Position numbers and translations under genes: made by a program
Source of the DNA: Trichodelitschia bisporula
Lineage: Eukaryota
Direction of reading: 5' to 3'
Assembly (NCBI GenBank): GCA_010356995.1
Contig: ML996695.1
Location: 71,061 to 135,060, forward strand
DNA: 64,000 bases
The notes under the pieces: model-generated
What the model saw: the letters and a program-made list of their open reading frames with translations, nothing else
The model's database searches: none
Told to the model about the DNA's origin: nothing
Shown here: piece after piece, positions 52,655 to 64,000 of the stretch
How positions within the stretch are numbered: the first letter of the stretch is position 1
How the letters are laid out: each line of letters begins with the position of its first letter

Positions 52655-52697
52655 TGAGTCAGAAGGTGAAGGTCTGACTGGGGGGCGTTATCGATAA
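52655..52697. promoter_or_regulatory. Gcn4/CpcA response element (TGAGTCA) and overlapping GATA pair in the ARG8 upstream region
   Basis: Perfect TGAGTCA at 52655-52661, ~80 bp upstream of the ARG8 ATG. TTATCGATAA at 52688-52697. Confidence 0.65.
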
Positions 52698-52953
52698 GCC
52701 TGGGTCAGCCTTGTTTCGTCATCCCGCTACTCGAATTTTCAGACTGGGGGTATCTGCGGGGATGGAGGGGCATGTCGACCGATCCACTCTGCATTATCAC
52801 GACATGAGTGCATTCGAGTACATCCGTGGAAGAAAACTTTCGTCACATAAACTCGATTCTTCAATGGGTATCTCAAGATCACTAGTCCTCCCATACATAC
52901 CAAATGCCGATGAAAGATCGAAACTGTACATGGACAACGTCCTACACAAAATC

Positions 52954-55900
52954 TTACCGCCAAAAATCACCAGTCGACTGTATCCCCTTCAGGCCTGAAC
53001 TCGAGCTAGCGCGCGACATGGGCCGGCTCTCGCTCCGATCAAAGTGTTCAACAAAGGAGCCCAAGAGCATCTTGTAGATATTACCATCCGCTGGCTCCGT
53101 GTCGACGATGTCCCTAACATGTTAGAGCTACTCTCAGCGAGAGCCGCAGACTTACGGTATGCCTTTCAGCTTCACCAATTCATCGTCCAGCCTCTTCAGC
53201 CGCTGGGTAGCTTCCAAATCGTTCCCGAATTGGATGAACTGGATGCTGAATGACCGGTCCTCGTGGCCTCCTGAGACCCCCATCAACCACTTAATGAACA
53301 CCTGAATCTTCTCTTCCACATCTTCCTTCACTTCCGTCCCCTTCCATACACCATCAGTGAGGATGATCAGTGTCGTGCGCTTCGGAGGCTTTCTGAATCT
53401 TGAGGAGTTCTGGTACTCGCCGAAGATGTTGCCCAGCGCTGCTTTGATGTCCGTGTACACCAAATCCTGGGGTTTAGCCCTCCTCATGGCGTTCTTAAAC
53501 CACCCATGCCAGTTGTGATTTGATACCGTCTCACTACTGTTTGTGAAAACTAGGTCCATGCCGTCCTTATCGAGCCCCACTGCCAACTGCGCCAGAATAT
53601 CGATCAATTCTGTCGCTTTGTCCCAATGCTCGGTCATAGTAGACCCGTTGTCCACCAGAAATTTCTGCGCCAAATCAGAGTCGTCGCCTTCAGTGTCGTT
53701 TATGAACTTACAATATCTCGCTCCTTGAAGTGCTGCTTCAAAAAGACATCCGGCTTGTTGAAGAAAGGTACTTTCACCTTTTTGCGCAACTGAAGCCGAG
53801 CTTCTTCCACAGTCATCTTACGAACGGTAAGTGCGAGTGAGATCGAAGAAGATGTGGGCGGCTTGTCAGGTGATGTAGGCGGCGTCAAGAAATTGATACT
53901 CAGATTCGAAACCTCTCGGCTCGGGACTTCCTCACCAGACGTCGGGCTTTCTTCGCGTGTGTACTCAATCACAGGCGCAGAGGTCTGTCGAACTGGGGTT
54001 GCCGGTAGCGAGTCTAGCGGTGGGTACTCGGATTCTGCTATCCGCAGGCTCTGGAGATATTCAGAGCGGCCGATGGTCTGCATCGAAGGGATAAACTGGC
54101 GGCTCTCCTCACGCGAGAGATCGACCGAGGAGTGGAGACCACGCTGTTTCTCATACGGTACTTTCAGGCTGAGCGGCCGCGTCTTGGCTTGGTAGCAACT
54201 AGTCCCGTTTGCCGCGACAGTATCGTATTCGAGCAACGCCTCGGCCACGCTCGCAGAAATGACTGGCACGTCGTCCAAGTTGTCCATCTTCTTCTTAGCG
54301 CCGCTGAGAATGTCATCCAAAGCCACCACCAGGTCTTTGGCGTGGATCCGGTCGTCCGGAACACTGACGAGCATGTATCTATCGACAAGGTCCAGAACCT
54401 GGCCCGTGATCTCGTCAGTGCGCCGCATCGATTGCCGCAAGAATATGTGCCACTCTTTGATTTCTGGCAGCACAGATATCCCGTTGTGGAATCCATCGAT
54501 GCACAGATTGTCGTTGGCCTTGCCAGATTGAAGCTTTCGTAGCTTTTGTATCTTTTCAATGGCCAGACTTCGTAGTGTCTCAAACTGGTTGATCCCTTGG
54601 AACCCAAGGACAATCCACGTCGCTGCTACGGAGAAGACGCACCCAAGTGACCATACGTCGATTCCTTGATGCACTACTTTGTTTAGAGTTTGCCGAGGCT
54701 CGCTCCACTCCGGAGCGCCTAGGAAGTTAGATAGTTCGATGAGAAAATGGATGGCTTACTGTAGGTGTTGATGGCTTTTTCAATTGCCGTCAAAGGTGCA
54801 ACCCCTGAGTCTGCTTCGGGCTTAGATCGTGATAGCCGAGAGGGCATGAATTTGAACTTGAACTGCACATGCGCAATATGTGTCGGGTTGATTTCGGCAT
54901 GCCACCTAAACTTTCAGCGACGTTCAAGCTTGCTACTGAGACATACCCATTGTAGTACTCGAAGCCTCCACTAGAGTGATCATGTTTGGCGAACAGGTGG
55001 AGCCCCTTCAGCGCCTCTGCGAGACCGAATATTTTGCCCCAGAAATCGACTAGTTCGCGCGGTAACACAGGTGGCACATACTCGGTAAAGCACTCATCGA
55101 GATGCATGTCTGAGTATTCAAACACAATGTTGTATGTCCTTGGCGCTGTGCGGTCCTTGAAACGTGGTGATGTAGGGCTGGCGTCTGACGGCAGCTCTTC
55201 TTCGTAGTGGCAGATGTATTGCACGAGATGCTTTGATGTCGTGGTTGAAACCAGACCGCAAAAGTTCTGGAAAGCCTTGCGCTCTTGGTCGAAAACCTCG
55301 TAATCTCGCCCCTCATACGTCTTGAGCGCAAACGCATAGCACTACAGCAGTCAGTAGGAGGAGTAGATACCGAAATGTTCCATACCGGTCCAAACTTCTC
55401 GTGGTATATCTTCGAGCTCGCGATGAGGTTGCCGTTTTGCGCCTTACTCAGTCTGTGACCGATGAAATCTTCCTGGACCAGTATCCGAAATAGCTGCACT
55501 CCATCTTCCGTTCTAATCCATTCCCGCTCACAGATGGGCATAATGCGCTGCATCTCACTGCCGGGTTTCTGCTTGGACCTCACAATTTCGCCAAGGTCAA
55601 AGCTGACGGGACAGAACCGCGACTGCTCCTCGACGAAGCTCCTGGCTATTTCGTCCCCGCCTCGAATCCTGTTGTCATCGAGAATGGATAGAATGTGAGG
55701 TGTCGTCATCGGGAGGTAAAAGTCGAAGCCCTGCTTGCTCTGCCAGAAGTGGCCGATGAGGTGGCCATGGTTGATGTTGAGCAGGATGCAGAAGATGAGC
55801 AAACAGCATTTGTCGCCCATCGTGATATGGGCGGCGGTTACAGGTATAACCGGTCTTCCTTGCCGCTTGCTGTGCGCCGCTTGGAGGAGCTTCTCCGCAT

Positions 55901-56069
55901 TGGTGATGCGCCGTCCATTGTGCTCAACCGGCTCGCGGAGCCAAGAGCGCAGCTTCTCGGTGAGCACGAAGGGTTGGCGACCGACGGGTCTCACGGTGAA
56001 ATCTTTATCTAGCTTGTGACGGAATGCGCCGATGTCATCGTTGTCGTCGCGATACGACCTGTCGGTCAT
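52954..56069 (-). CDS. Pseudokinase (protein kinase-like fold) fused to a C-terminal von Willebrand factor A domain
   Basis: Five canonical introns preserve the frame. Kinase landmarks: FALKTY, DQERKAF, YNIVFEY, GWHAEINPTHI, TYSAPE, IDVWSLGCVFS. vWA landmarks: KFLVDNGSTM, DKDGMDLVFT, LIILTDGVW, SIQFIQFGND, PDIVDTE, KMLLGS. An alternative upstream ATG lies at 56111. Confidence 0.85.
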
Positions 56070-56874
56070 GAGCGGCCCGGCCCGCTGGAGGACTCGGGGT
56101 TGCGGTTGCATCGAAAGCAGTTAGCGGGAAAACCCGAGGAGAGCTGCTGTAAAGAGGTGGGAGATTGAGCGCAAAACTAGAAAGAGAATGGGCATTCAAA
56201 GCGCGACGTTGAAACTAAAGAACAGTAGGTGGGGCGGTTCATCTCCAGCTCATGCGGCTCTGACCAGCGCAGACATCTCCCCCGCTGCCCCAACCCCTCG
56301 CGGAGGAGGGATTGGGCTGACCAATACCAAGCAACTCTGCCTTGGTCCATCACCAGGGAGAGATGATGAGATGCGTGGAGCCAATGGGCGGTAAGGCTGG
56401 CCCGGGAGGGCCATCGAGTCATCCCGCAGACAGTTCCGTCACCAGAAATCAGGCTGAGCCCGCAGTGACCGCAGCTCCGGGGCAACCAATTAGTTGGGTC
56501 AGGTGCCACATGTTCGATGCGTTGTTGCGTGTCTTCATCACATCGGAAAGCAGCGGAGAATTTTCATGAGTTGGACATCCGGTCGACATGAGGCCGGTGA
56601 AGCTGCAAAGATGTTCCTCATGGCCGCGTACTTGGCACCCCCACACTCTGCCCTCGCTTCTTCCCGTCCGCTAACGCCCCACTATGGTCCCGATTTAGCT
56701 CGGCGTTAGCCTCGCTTTCAAACGTCACTACTGCATGGGAAAGGCACCCACTCGTTCGCATCGCCCATCTCTGACAAGATCGCAAGAGGCAGCCAACGCC
56801 GCGTCAAGTCAGCCCTTCTCTTATATACAGGCCAAACCGTCCCGGACCGGTATACGCGGAGAAGGGCCATCATC

Positions 56875-58761
56875 CTACCGAAACTTGACCGCATCTCCGG
56901 GCTCCTGGAACGCGCCCGGGAACTTCTCTGGATTCCCTTGCTCCACGGAATCCTGCGTGTTCCGCCGCTGCTTACGCTTTGCATATAGCAGTCCAAAGCA
57001 TCCTGCTGATAAAGAAAGAAAAATGAGTGGAATGGCCACTGCAAACCACATTTGCAGGGCGAGCCGGGAGAAGGAACCACTCCCATCAACTGGTTGGTAT
57101 CGAACAACGTCGGTGCTGAAGAATGTCTACCGTTATTAGCTTTGTACTGCAATCACAGATGCCCACTTACCGAGACAAATGTTGCAGGCAGGAATATCAA
57201 AACTACGATGGCGACGACTCGCATAAGCAGCGACTCTTTCTGCGATGAAGGACCCATCTTGTGCGTCTCGCCAGCAAGACGCAAACTGCTCTGAGTCAAG
57301 CGCTCGATTCTCTCCGTGGCTTGACTTTGAAGGTGTTGCAGCACCTGCTCGCTTAGCATTCACGATGACGTCTACGGGAAACAACATACCAGCCTTTTGC
57401 CGTCCGCGATCTGGGTCGCAAGGAGCTGCGCCCGCTTAATCTGGACGTTCAAGTCGTGCGCCACATCATTGACCTGCGCCGCAAACGAGCGCACGTCGTT
57501 GTATGCACCCTGACCAAGAGACACGTCTCTGTTCCCAAGCAGTCCTTCATAGAAACTGCGCAGCGACGACATGACGTCGACATTGGACTCCAGGACCATG
57601 CCGATCTCTTTCGTTCGGTCCTCGTAGAACTGGAGATTTTGCAGGTTGTCGGTCGTATAGTTCCGGACATTTCTCCGTCCACGGAATTCGGCGCTGGTGT
57701 TGCCCAGACGAATCTGTCTCTTTAGCTGGAGCTGGATGGACCGTTGAACCAAACATACCTCCTGGTGGACAAGCCCCTCGATCCACTGGATGTACCAACG
57801 CCACTCCCCAGCTGCCCACTGACAGCAGAGCAAGTGCGTCGACAAGCTCGTTCTGAAGCAATCACCCAGGGTGGAAAAGGCTTTGGGGTCCTTATTCAGA
57901 AGCTCACCGGCCATTTCCTTCACCAGGTCCTGGACGTCATGCTGGCTTTCCGTCACGATCCACACGGCAGTCCCTTCCAGCACATCGAACTGGTGGTGGA
58001 AGGCCGCTTGCCGAATGTTCCATTGTCTCGCTTCCGCAGGCACCTCCGGGCCATCCTCCGGCGTCACCTCACCCACCGACTTGAGATTGTAGCAGAGTTG
58101 GTATTGGCAGCCGCTCCGGCCAAAGCCGGGTATGCTGAGTGCACGTTCCGGCGGAGCAAGGAGCACCTGTTCGCGGAAACCGCTGACCCTGAGATCCTGA
58201 AACTCATTCTGCGAGCCAAATACCAGGACGAAGTCGAGATAGGATGGCATCACCTGATGGTAGGTGAAGATCCGTGTCATCATTTTTCGTGTGATCTCCA
58301 ACGGGCTCTGGGAGTCCCTCGCGCCGATCAGACTGCCCACATTAGCAGGGAGAATGGCAGCAGTATGGCGGCTTACACAAAGCGGCATTTCGGATCTCGT
58401 TTTGTCGCCGGCTCGCCAACAGATCCTCTCCTATCCAGGGCGGCGCCGGATTCGTCTCCTAACCAGTCCTTGAGATAATCGTCGCTGCGAATGTTGTATT
58501 TCTCCAGCTCTATGAGATGTCAGACTGCGAGCATCGTATCCCATCTGACATACCTTCGCCATGTTGTCCACGAAAGTCCCTGAACAGGACTTCAGTATCC
58601 AGTTCATCTTCGCTGAAGATTCGGAACTCCGCGTCATCCAGGCGCTTTGCATATGTCCGCAGGGCACCTGCATAGGTTCCTTTGTGAATGAGATTTGTGG
58701 GGTACTCCTCAAAGTTGTAAAGCGAGTCGCTGAAAGCGCTCGGTATCTTCCTCGTAGCCAT
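56875..58761 (-). CDS. Fungal CorA-like protein (large soluble N-domain, coiled stalk, two C-terminal TM helices; no GMN motif)
   Basis: Six exons with canonical introns. Motifs RDPKCRFV, IFTYHQVMPSYLDFVLVFG, YQLCYNLKSV and WNIRQAAFHHQFD. TM1 MRVVAIVVLIFLPATFVSTFFSTDVV; TM2 MWFAVAIPLIFLSLSAGCFGLLY, followed by a basic cluster. Confidence 0.82.
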
Positions 58762-59620
58762 TGGAACGCCCATTGGAATGCAGGTAGACGAGATGAATGA
58801 TGGCTATGCAATGCATTCCGGTCAAAGCCGAAGCCAGCATACTTAAGGCTCGCCCCAAATATCGCATTGCATGATCTTCTCTCCGAGTACCCGTGGCACA
58901 GGCATAGACAGCCACGCGGAGGTGTACATGTCCAGTGCGGCGTGGCTCCAATGGGCGTAAGGCTGCGATTGACGCCTTGGCGCATCTAAGACGAGGCGAC
59001 AGAGCGGCCCCAACTCACAGCATAAATACACTCTCCTCCGTCTCGGTTGGGCTGGTTTTACAGCCTGGATTGACAAGTGGGGCAGCGTGAGTGTTGGCCG
59101 TTGCGGAACGTTGCATGCAGACGTAAACATTGCTGAATGGCAGCGAGTTCTGTGTTGATACGACGAGAAAGGGAATTGTTGGCAGCCGGGTGGTGTGCTA
59201 ATGCACGGCACGATGATGAACTGGCCAATGCCTGTTGTGCCGGAGAATATCTAGCTTTGGCGTTAGTTGGTTGGTACAATTCGGCTTATATGCGCTGTCT
59301 TCAACTCGTGAACATCTTGCTGTCTGCATTTTGACCGGGCATGCAATGAGCGGGGTTTGTTTTAAACTCGTGGTCCCATGGAGACCTGAAGTTGATAGCC
59401 TGTGACTGCAGGTCATGATCTAGAGCCCGATGAGAAGGAACTGCAACATGCTAAGATGATCTCTAGCAAGACTGGCAGTCGACAAGAATGGGCGCGAGCA
59501 TCTCGACGCCGTCGGGGCAAGGAAGGGACAGATCATAATTCATTGGTATCCAACCGTCCGCGCCTTTGTACCACCTCGCTGGACAACACAACCGCAGAGT
59601 GCACGGCCATTCCTCTCCCT

Positions 59621-60076
59621 TCAACCAGTCTCGGGCTGCTTCCCCTCCTCAATGATCTTCAGCAAGTCGTCGCGCTTAAATATCTTCGCCGCATCGGCCG
59701 CGCTCGGCCGTCCCGCCTCGCTGTCCGCTCCCCCCTTAACCAGCGCCTTGACAACCTCAGTATGGCCCTTGAACACCGCGCCAGCAATAGGGCTCTGTCC
59801 CTTGTCGTTGAGAGAGTTGGGATCCGCGCCACGTTCTAGCAGCAAAGTCACCGTCTCGGCGTGTCCATGGTAGGCCGCCAGCATGAGCAAGGTGTCACCG
59901 GCGTCGTTGGTGAGGTTCGCAGAGATGCCGGCGTCGACGTAGCTGGCGACGGCTGCGGTGTCACCGTTGCGAGCGAGGTCGAATATTTTGTGGGCGAGGT
60001 CGAGGGCTTCGGGGGGGAGTTGGGATGGGTCGGGCTTCGAGGTGGTTGCGGGGGGAGGGTTGCCTGGGTCCGCCAT
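59621..60076 (-). CDS. Small ankyrin-repeat protein
   Basis: Repeats GDTLLMLAAYHGHAETVTLLLERGADPN and GQSPIAGAVFKGHTEVVKALVKGGAD. ATG at 60076; intronless. Confidence 0.92.
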   Translation of the reverse strand: MADPGNPPPATTSKPDPSQLPPEALDLAHKIFDLARNGDTAAVASYVDAGISANLTNDAGDTLLMLAAYHGHAETVTLLLERGADPNSLNDKGQSPIAGAVFKGHTEVVKALVKGGADSEAGRPSAADAAKIFKRDDLLKIIEEGKQPETG

Positions 60077-60533
60077 TGTTAATGCTGGGCTCAAGGTTCA
60101 AAGGCTGGGGGTGTAGATATTTGAAGGCTTCCTGTTTCTTTCTCCTCGTGGCAAGCTGCAAGATTGATGGGCTATGGCGGGCCAAAATCGCGTGCTAGCT
60201 CCATCGCACGGTCGAAAGGCCTGAGCTACCCGAAAAAGTTATGTTGCCCCTCCTAGCCAAATTAGGGTGGAGGGAGCGACATCACTTTTTCCATTAGCTC
60301 TTGGTGAGGGGCTGTGGGGTAGGGGTGCGCGGTCTAACTGCTTACAGAAAAGTTGACAGGCACGGACCCTTGGACGCAGGCGACTTCGCGATTGCCAAGA
60401 ACTCAGTGACCGCGCCTCAACTCCGTCACCAACATCCACACTCCGCGTCAACGAACATCCACCCGCCCTCTCTCTTCCCACTCCCACACCACTCGTTTGT
60501 GCACTCAAATTCCACACCCGCACCATCGCCATC

Positions 60534-61541
60534 ATGGCATCCTCTCCGCCTTCGTATGGCAACTCGCCGACCATCCCAAACCTCACCCTCCCGAAGAAGC
60601 GCGGCTCTCTCTCCATCCCCCCAGGCGCGCTCCCAAAGCGTCGCAAAGTCTCCACTGCCGGACCCTCGCATCTACGCCAGACGTCTTTCCCACCAGAGAC
60701 TGCACCTGATGCCTCCGTTGACTATTCCAGCCGCGAGCCTTCGATCGAGTCGAGCGTGGCCGGTCCCATGAGCGCAGTCAGCGGTGCTGGGGGACGGAAG
60801 CGCAAGGGAAAGCGGCAAGAACGCTTTGGAAGTGTTGCGAACAGTGTCGCTGACAGTGTTGCTGATAGCCCCGCGGATGATGGTGCGGGCAAGACACCCG
60901 AGGCGGGCGAAGGCGGTGATGGCGACGAGGCGGATCCGGCGAAGGACGATTTTGCTGGCGCGATGGACCATCTCTTCCACGATACCATTCCTGAAGAGGA
61001 CAGGCAGGAACAGAACAGGCGCATGGAGTAAGGCTTACGCTGCTCTTACGGTGCCATGCTAACAGATCTAGTGTGCTCATGTCGGTGTTCACCCCAGAAC
61101 AACAACAGCGGTACACCATATGGCGCCGTGTCCGCCTTCGGTTTGACAAGGTAATTATTCCGTTAAAGAGAGACCGTAGACCAACAGCCCTAGGAACACG
61201 GTTCTCCGATCCCGAAGCAGTCCCGTCCGATCGCAGTCACTCTGAACGCCGCAGCGAAGAACTTCATCGGCGAGCTCGTCGAAATGGCTCTCCAGGTCCG
61301 GCTTGAGTGGCTGGCGGCCTGTGCAGAGCTCCCCAACAGCGAGCCTCTACCACCAAACCTGACACTTGCCCAACGCACAAGACAGGACCTCCGGGGTCCC
61401 CTTACGCCAGACCACTTGCGCGAAGCGTACCGTCGGTACAAGTTGGCGCGGATGGGAGGCACTGGTGGCATTCAGGGGCTGAGTGGGAATAGGCTGATTC
61501 AGACGAGGGCTGCGGTTGGTGGGAAGCGCGTATTCCGTTAG
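60534..61541 (+). CDS. TAF11: TFIID subunit 11 (TAFII28-like histone fold)
   Basis: HLRQTSFPPE; FTPEQQQRYTIWRRVRL; KNFIGELVEMALQVRLEW; RGPLTPDHLREAYRRYK. Introns at 61028-61071 and ~61151-61193 (second acceptor uncertain). Confidence 0.85.
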
Positions 61542-64000
61542 ACAGGTGACTCTGCATGGATTTCGGGCTTAGCGGGGATGGGTTTAAGGCAAAAGGCTGG
61601 CGTTGAAGGTTGCTCGGTGGGGCATGGCTGGCTTTGAGGGTTACTGGGGGCGACTGTATGCATGGCAGTGGAGTCTTGATGAGAATTTGAGATGGCATTC
61701 CGCCATTTTCCACATCATTTGTGCGGTGTCTTTCTTCACTTCCGGTGTCCCCTAGTGGAAGCGGTACTATCGGCCATCTCCAACGCCCAAGGCGACGCGA
61801 GCGACTCTGCAACGTCTTCGACATTTTTTCGAGACATATTGCGATCGAGAGCCGAATCCCTCAGCGGTCTCGGAATGACCATGAGCCCTCGGGCCGTGTC
61901 ATCAGATGGGCACATGCCGAGTGACAGAACCAGACCACAAGCATCGGCTTCCATCCTCTCTGGCTACCCTTGTGAGCAGTTACCCGGCATCACATTGGTC
62001 GTCTCCTACTGGTTTATCTAGCGGCTGAATCAATGCCGCTGACTTCGGCTGTGCGTACAGGCACTTCCTCATCTCAGGTCTGGACGTCGGACAGATGCCT
62101 ACGGCGGTTCTTTCTCTTGAACTCAGTTCTTTCTCTGAGCTGGGTGATGGAGGTGCCTGACATGCGGCTATAACTGAATACTGAGCTATCGGCCGAGTAA
62201 TCATGGGCGGACGCGATGTCCACGTCGTCCTATCCCTTCTACCAGGTAACCTCGTCGCGGGGAACTATCATCGCAAGCAAATTGGCAAAATTTGTGAAAT
62301 CAACACGTTAGAATTGAAGCGTTCAATTGCCAGCAGCCGTGAGGAACAACATCATGCCATTCCTCTCGTTGACAGATGAACAAAACACATCCAGCATGAC
62401 CCCGCTCCCCCCACCCCTCCCACTCAGACAACGTCAACTTCATACATCCCAACGATAGGCACATAGACCAAAAACAAAAAAGAACCACCCGCAGCAGTGA
62501 GTCGAACACTGGACTTGGAGATAAGTCGCGCTATCCACGCTGCAATCTCCCACTCTACCACTGAGTTACTACGGGTTCTCAGTGTCTGATTCGATGACAA
62601 CATTTTCCAGCCTTTCATCCTTAGAGTAACTTCCTTCCCTCCCCCTTCCCCAACCCGATCCTGCATCCGCCCTCCTCCTCCCCCTCCGACCTAAACCCCA
62701 GACCCGCCTGCAGCACACCGTCAGCTGCATCGCCCGCATCATGTCAACCCCCCCCTCTAGTAAACGCGGGGTGCAGCCGCAGATCCCCTCAACCGCGCCG
62801 ATCAGTCTGCCTTCGCCGCGCGCAGGGCTACAAATGCACCTCTAGTTCTACTCTGCGCAACCCCGCACCAGGTCGTCATCGCACCTGGCACTTCGACAAA
62901 CGCAATTGACCATGCCCGGCCCGCCCACCCCCCGCTCATCCCCGCCGCAACGCACCGCATGCCCAGCTCTACTCACGACGTCATAGCAGTGTAAGGCCGC
63001 AACCTCCGCAGGCGGGGTGCATTATCAAGGCTCCCAGGTAGGTTATGCGCGTGACACTAGCGAGAGGCACAGTTCAAGGCCCCGGGGAGGGGTTGCTACT
63101 TCTTGCGATTCGCAAGCTGGCTGCCCGCCAGGCGACATCCCCTACAGTATCCCGTTCCTTTCTGTTCCTTTCAGCTCGGTCCCTCGATCCCTCCGTCCCC
63201 CCGTCTCCCCGTCCCCCCCGACCCCGCGCCGGCACACTCCGCCACCGATGGGCCAGTCTTGGGTGGCGGCCTGGCTGGCTTCTCCCGCGGGCGCGCCGGG
63301 CGGGACGGCTCCGCGTCTGGGGTACGGGGTGCCGGGTGTGCGGCGGGGAGGTGGGCTGGCGGTGCTATATATTATCGTATCATCGAGTGACTAATGGGCC
63401 GAGAATATATATTGCTTCGGGGGGGATGGAGCAAGGAGGTAAGGTCTACGTTGTGGGCAGTTACGGGCGATGAAATTATCCGAACGGGGAATTCGGGAGT
63501 GCAGTTGTCTGTTGTTGCGAACTGGTAATGAGATGGAAGGTTAATTGGCATGCGCTGGAGAGTAATTGGCATGAGCTGGAAGATGGAGTGTAAGTTGGTG
63601 GTTAGTTTGCTTTCTGCGTGAGGAGGCTTGCAGACAATGTCGCGTGGGCTTCTTGCGCGTGCGACGTGCGACAACCCCGGGACGTGGACGCGGAGAGTGG
63701 GTTCTGGAGCCAGGTGCTGCGTGGTGCATGGTGCTAACTCTGCTTGGTTGAGGGAGGAACGTCGTCCGACGAAGAGAGGGCGAGTTCCTGTGATCCTCCC
63801 GCGTCGCTCGTCGTTCGTCGCGATGCCGTCGCGACGTTCAATCTGAAATCTGAAATCGAGAGCGCGGCTGCGACATGACATGGGGACCCGTGCCGCGCGC
63901 GCCGCTCCATCGTCCACATCCGCGCCCGCCTCCGCATGCCGTTGCGCCATACGCACGCTCGGGGACGGATGAGCCCCTAACGTTGAGAGTGTGGAGATGG

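Noticed and set aside
61600..64000. Short ORFs and small repeats (e.g. TAATTGGCATG twice near 63542-63572) at the window end
   Set aside because: There is no coherent gene model or family motif; the region is treated as intergenic or as the promoter of a gene outside the window.

Overview
This window is eukaryotic genomic DNA from a GC-rich filamentous ascomycete (Pezizomycotina-like). Introns are GT-AG and mostly 43-55 nt with CTRAC/CTAAT branch points, so the six-frame ORF track splits or mis-frames most genes; the models below were spliced by hand. Positions ~1-10.7 kb are an accessory, degenerate zone containing one spliced orphan gene, decayed fragments of host genes (a Sec24-family piece with an internal stop) and a strong TpA excess suggestive of RIP. 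Positions ~10.8-52.6 kb are gene-dense core genome: HUT1, a 3xKH RNA-binding protein, EFR3, an EXPERA-like membrane protein, a secreted tyrosinase-like protein, a Zn-dependent dehydrogenase, Yippee/MOH1, a Nrm1/Whi5-like repressor, an AA11 LPMO, an SLC35F6-like transporter, STB3, TOP3, DUF1295, an HSL-family lipase, a degenerate stand-alone HET domain and ARG8. Positions ~52.9-58.8 kb hold a visibly less GC-rich, co-oriented, intact gene pair: a CorA-like 2-TM protein lacking the GMN motif, and a pseudokinase fused to a vWA domain. This pair is the best candidate for an undescribed sensor/membrane-effector (possibly non-self recognition) system. An ankyrin protein and TAF11 follow. The second main lead is a 372-nt TOP3 intron containing a nested multi-stem structure (candidate intronic ncRNA or splicing switch). 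Family assignments come from recalled motifs, not from database searches.
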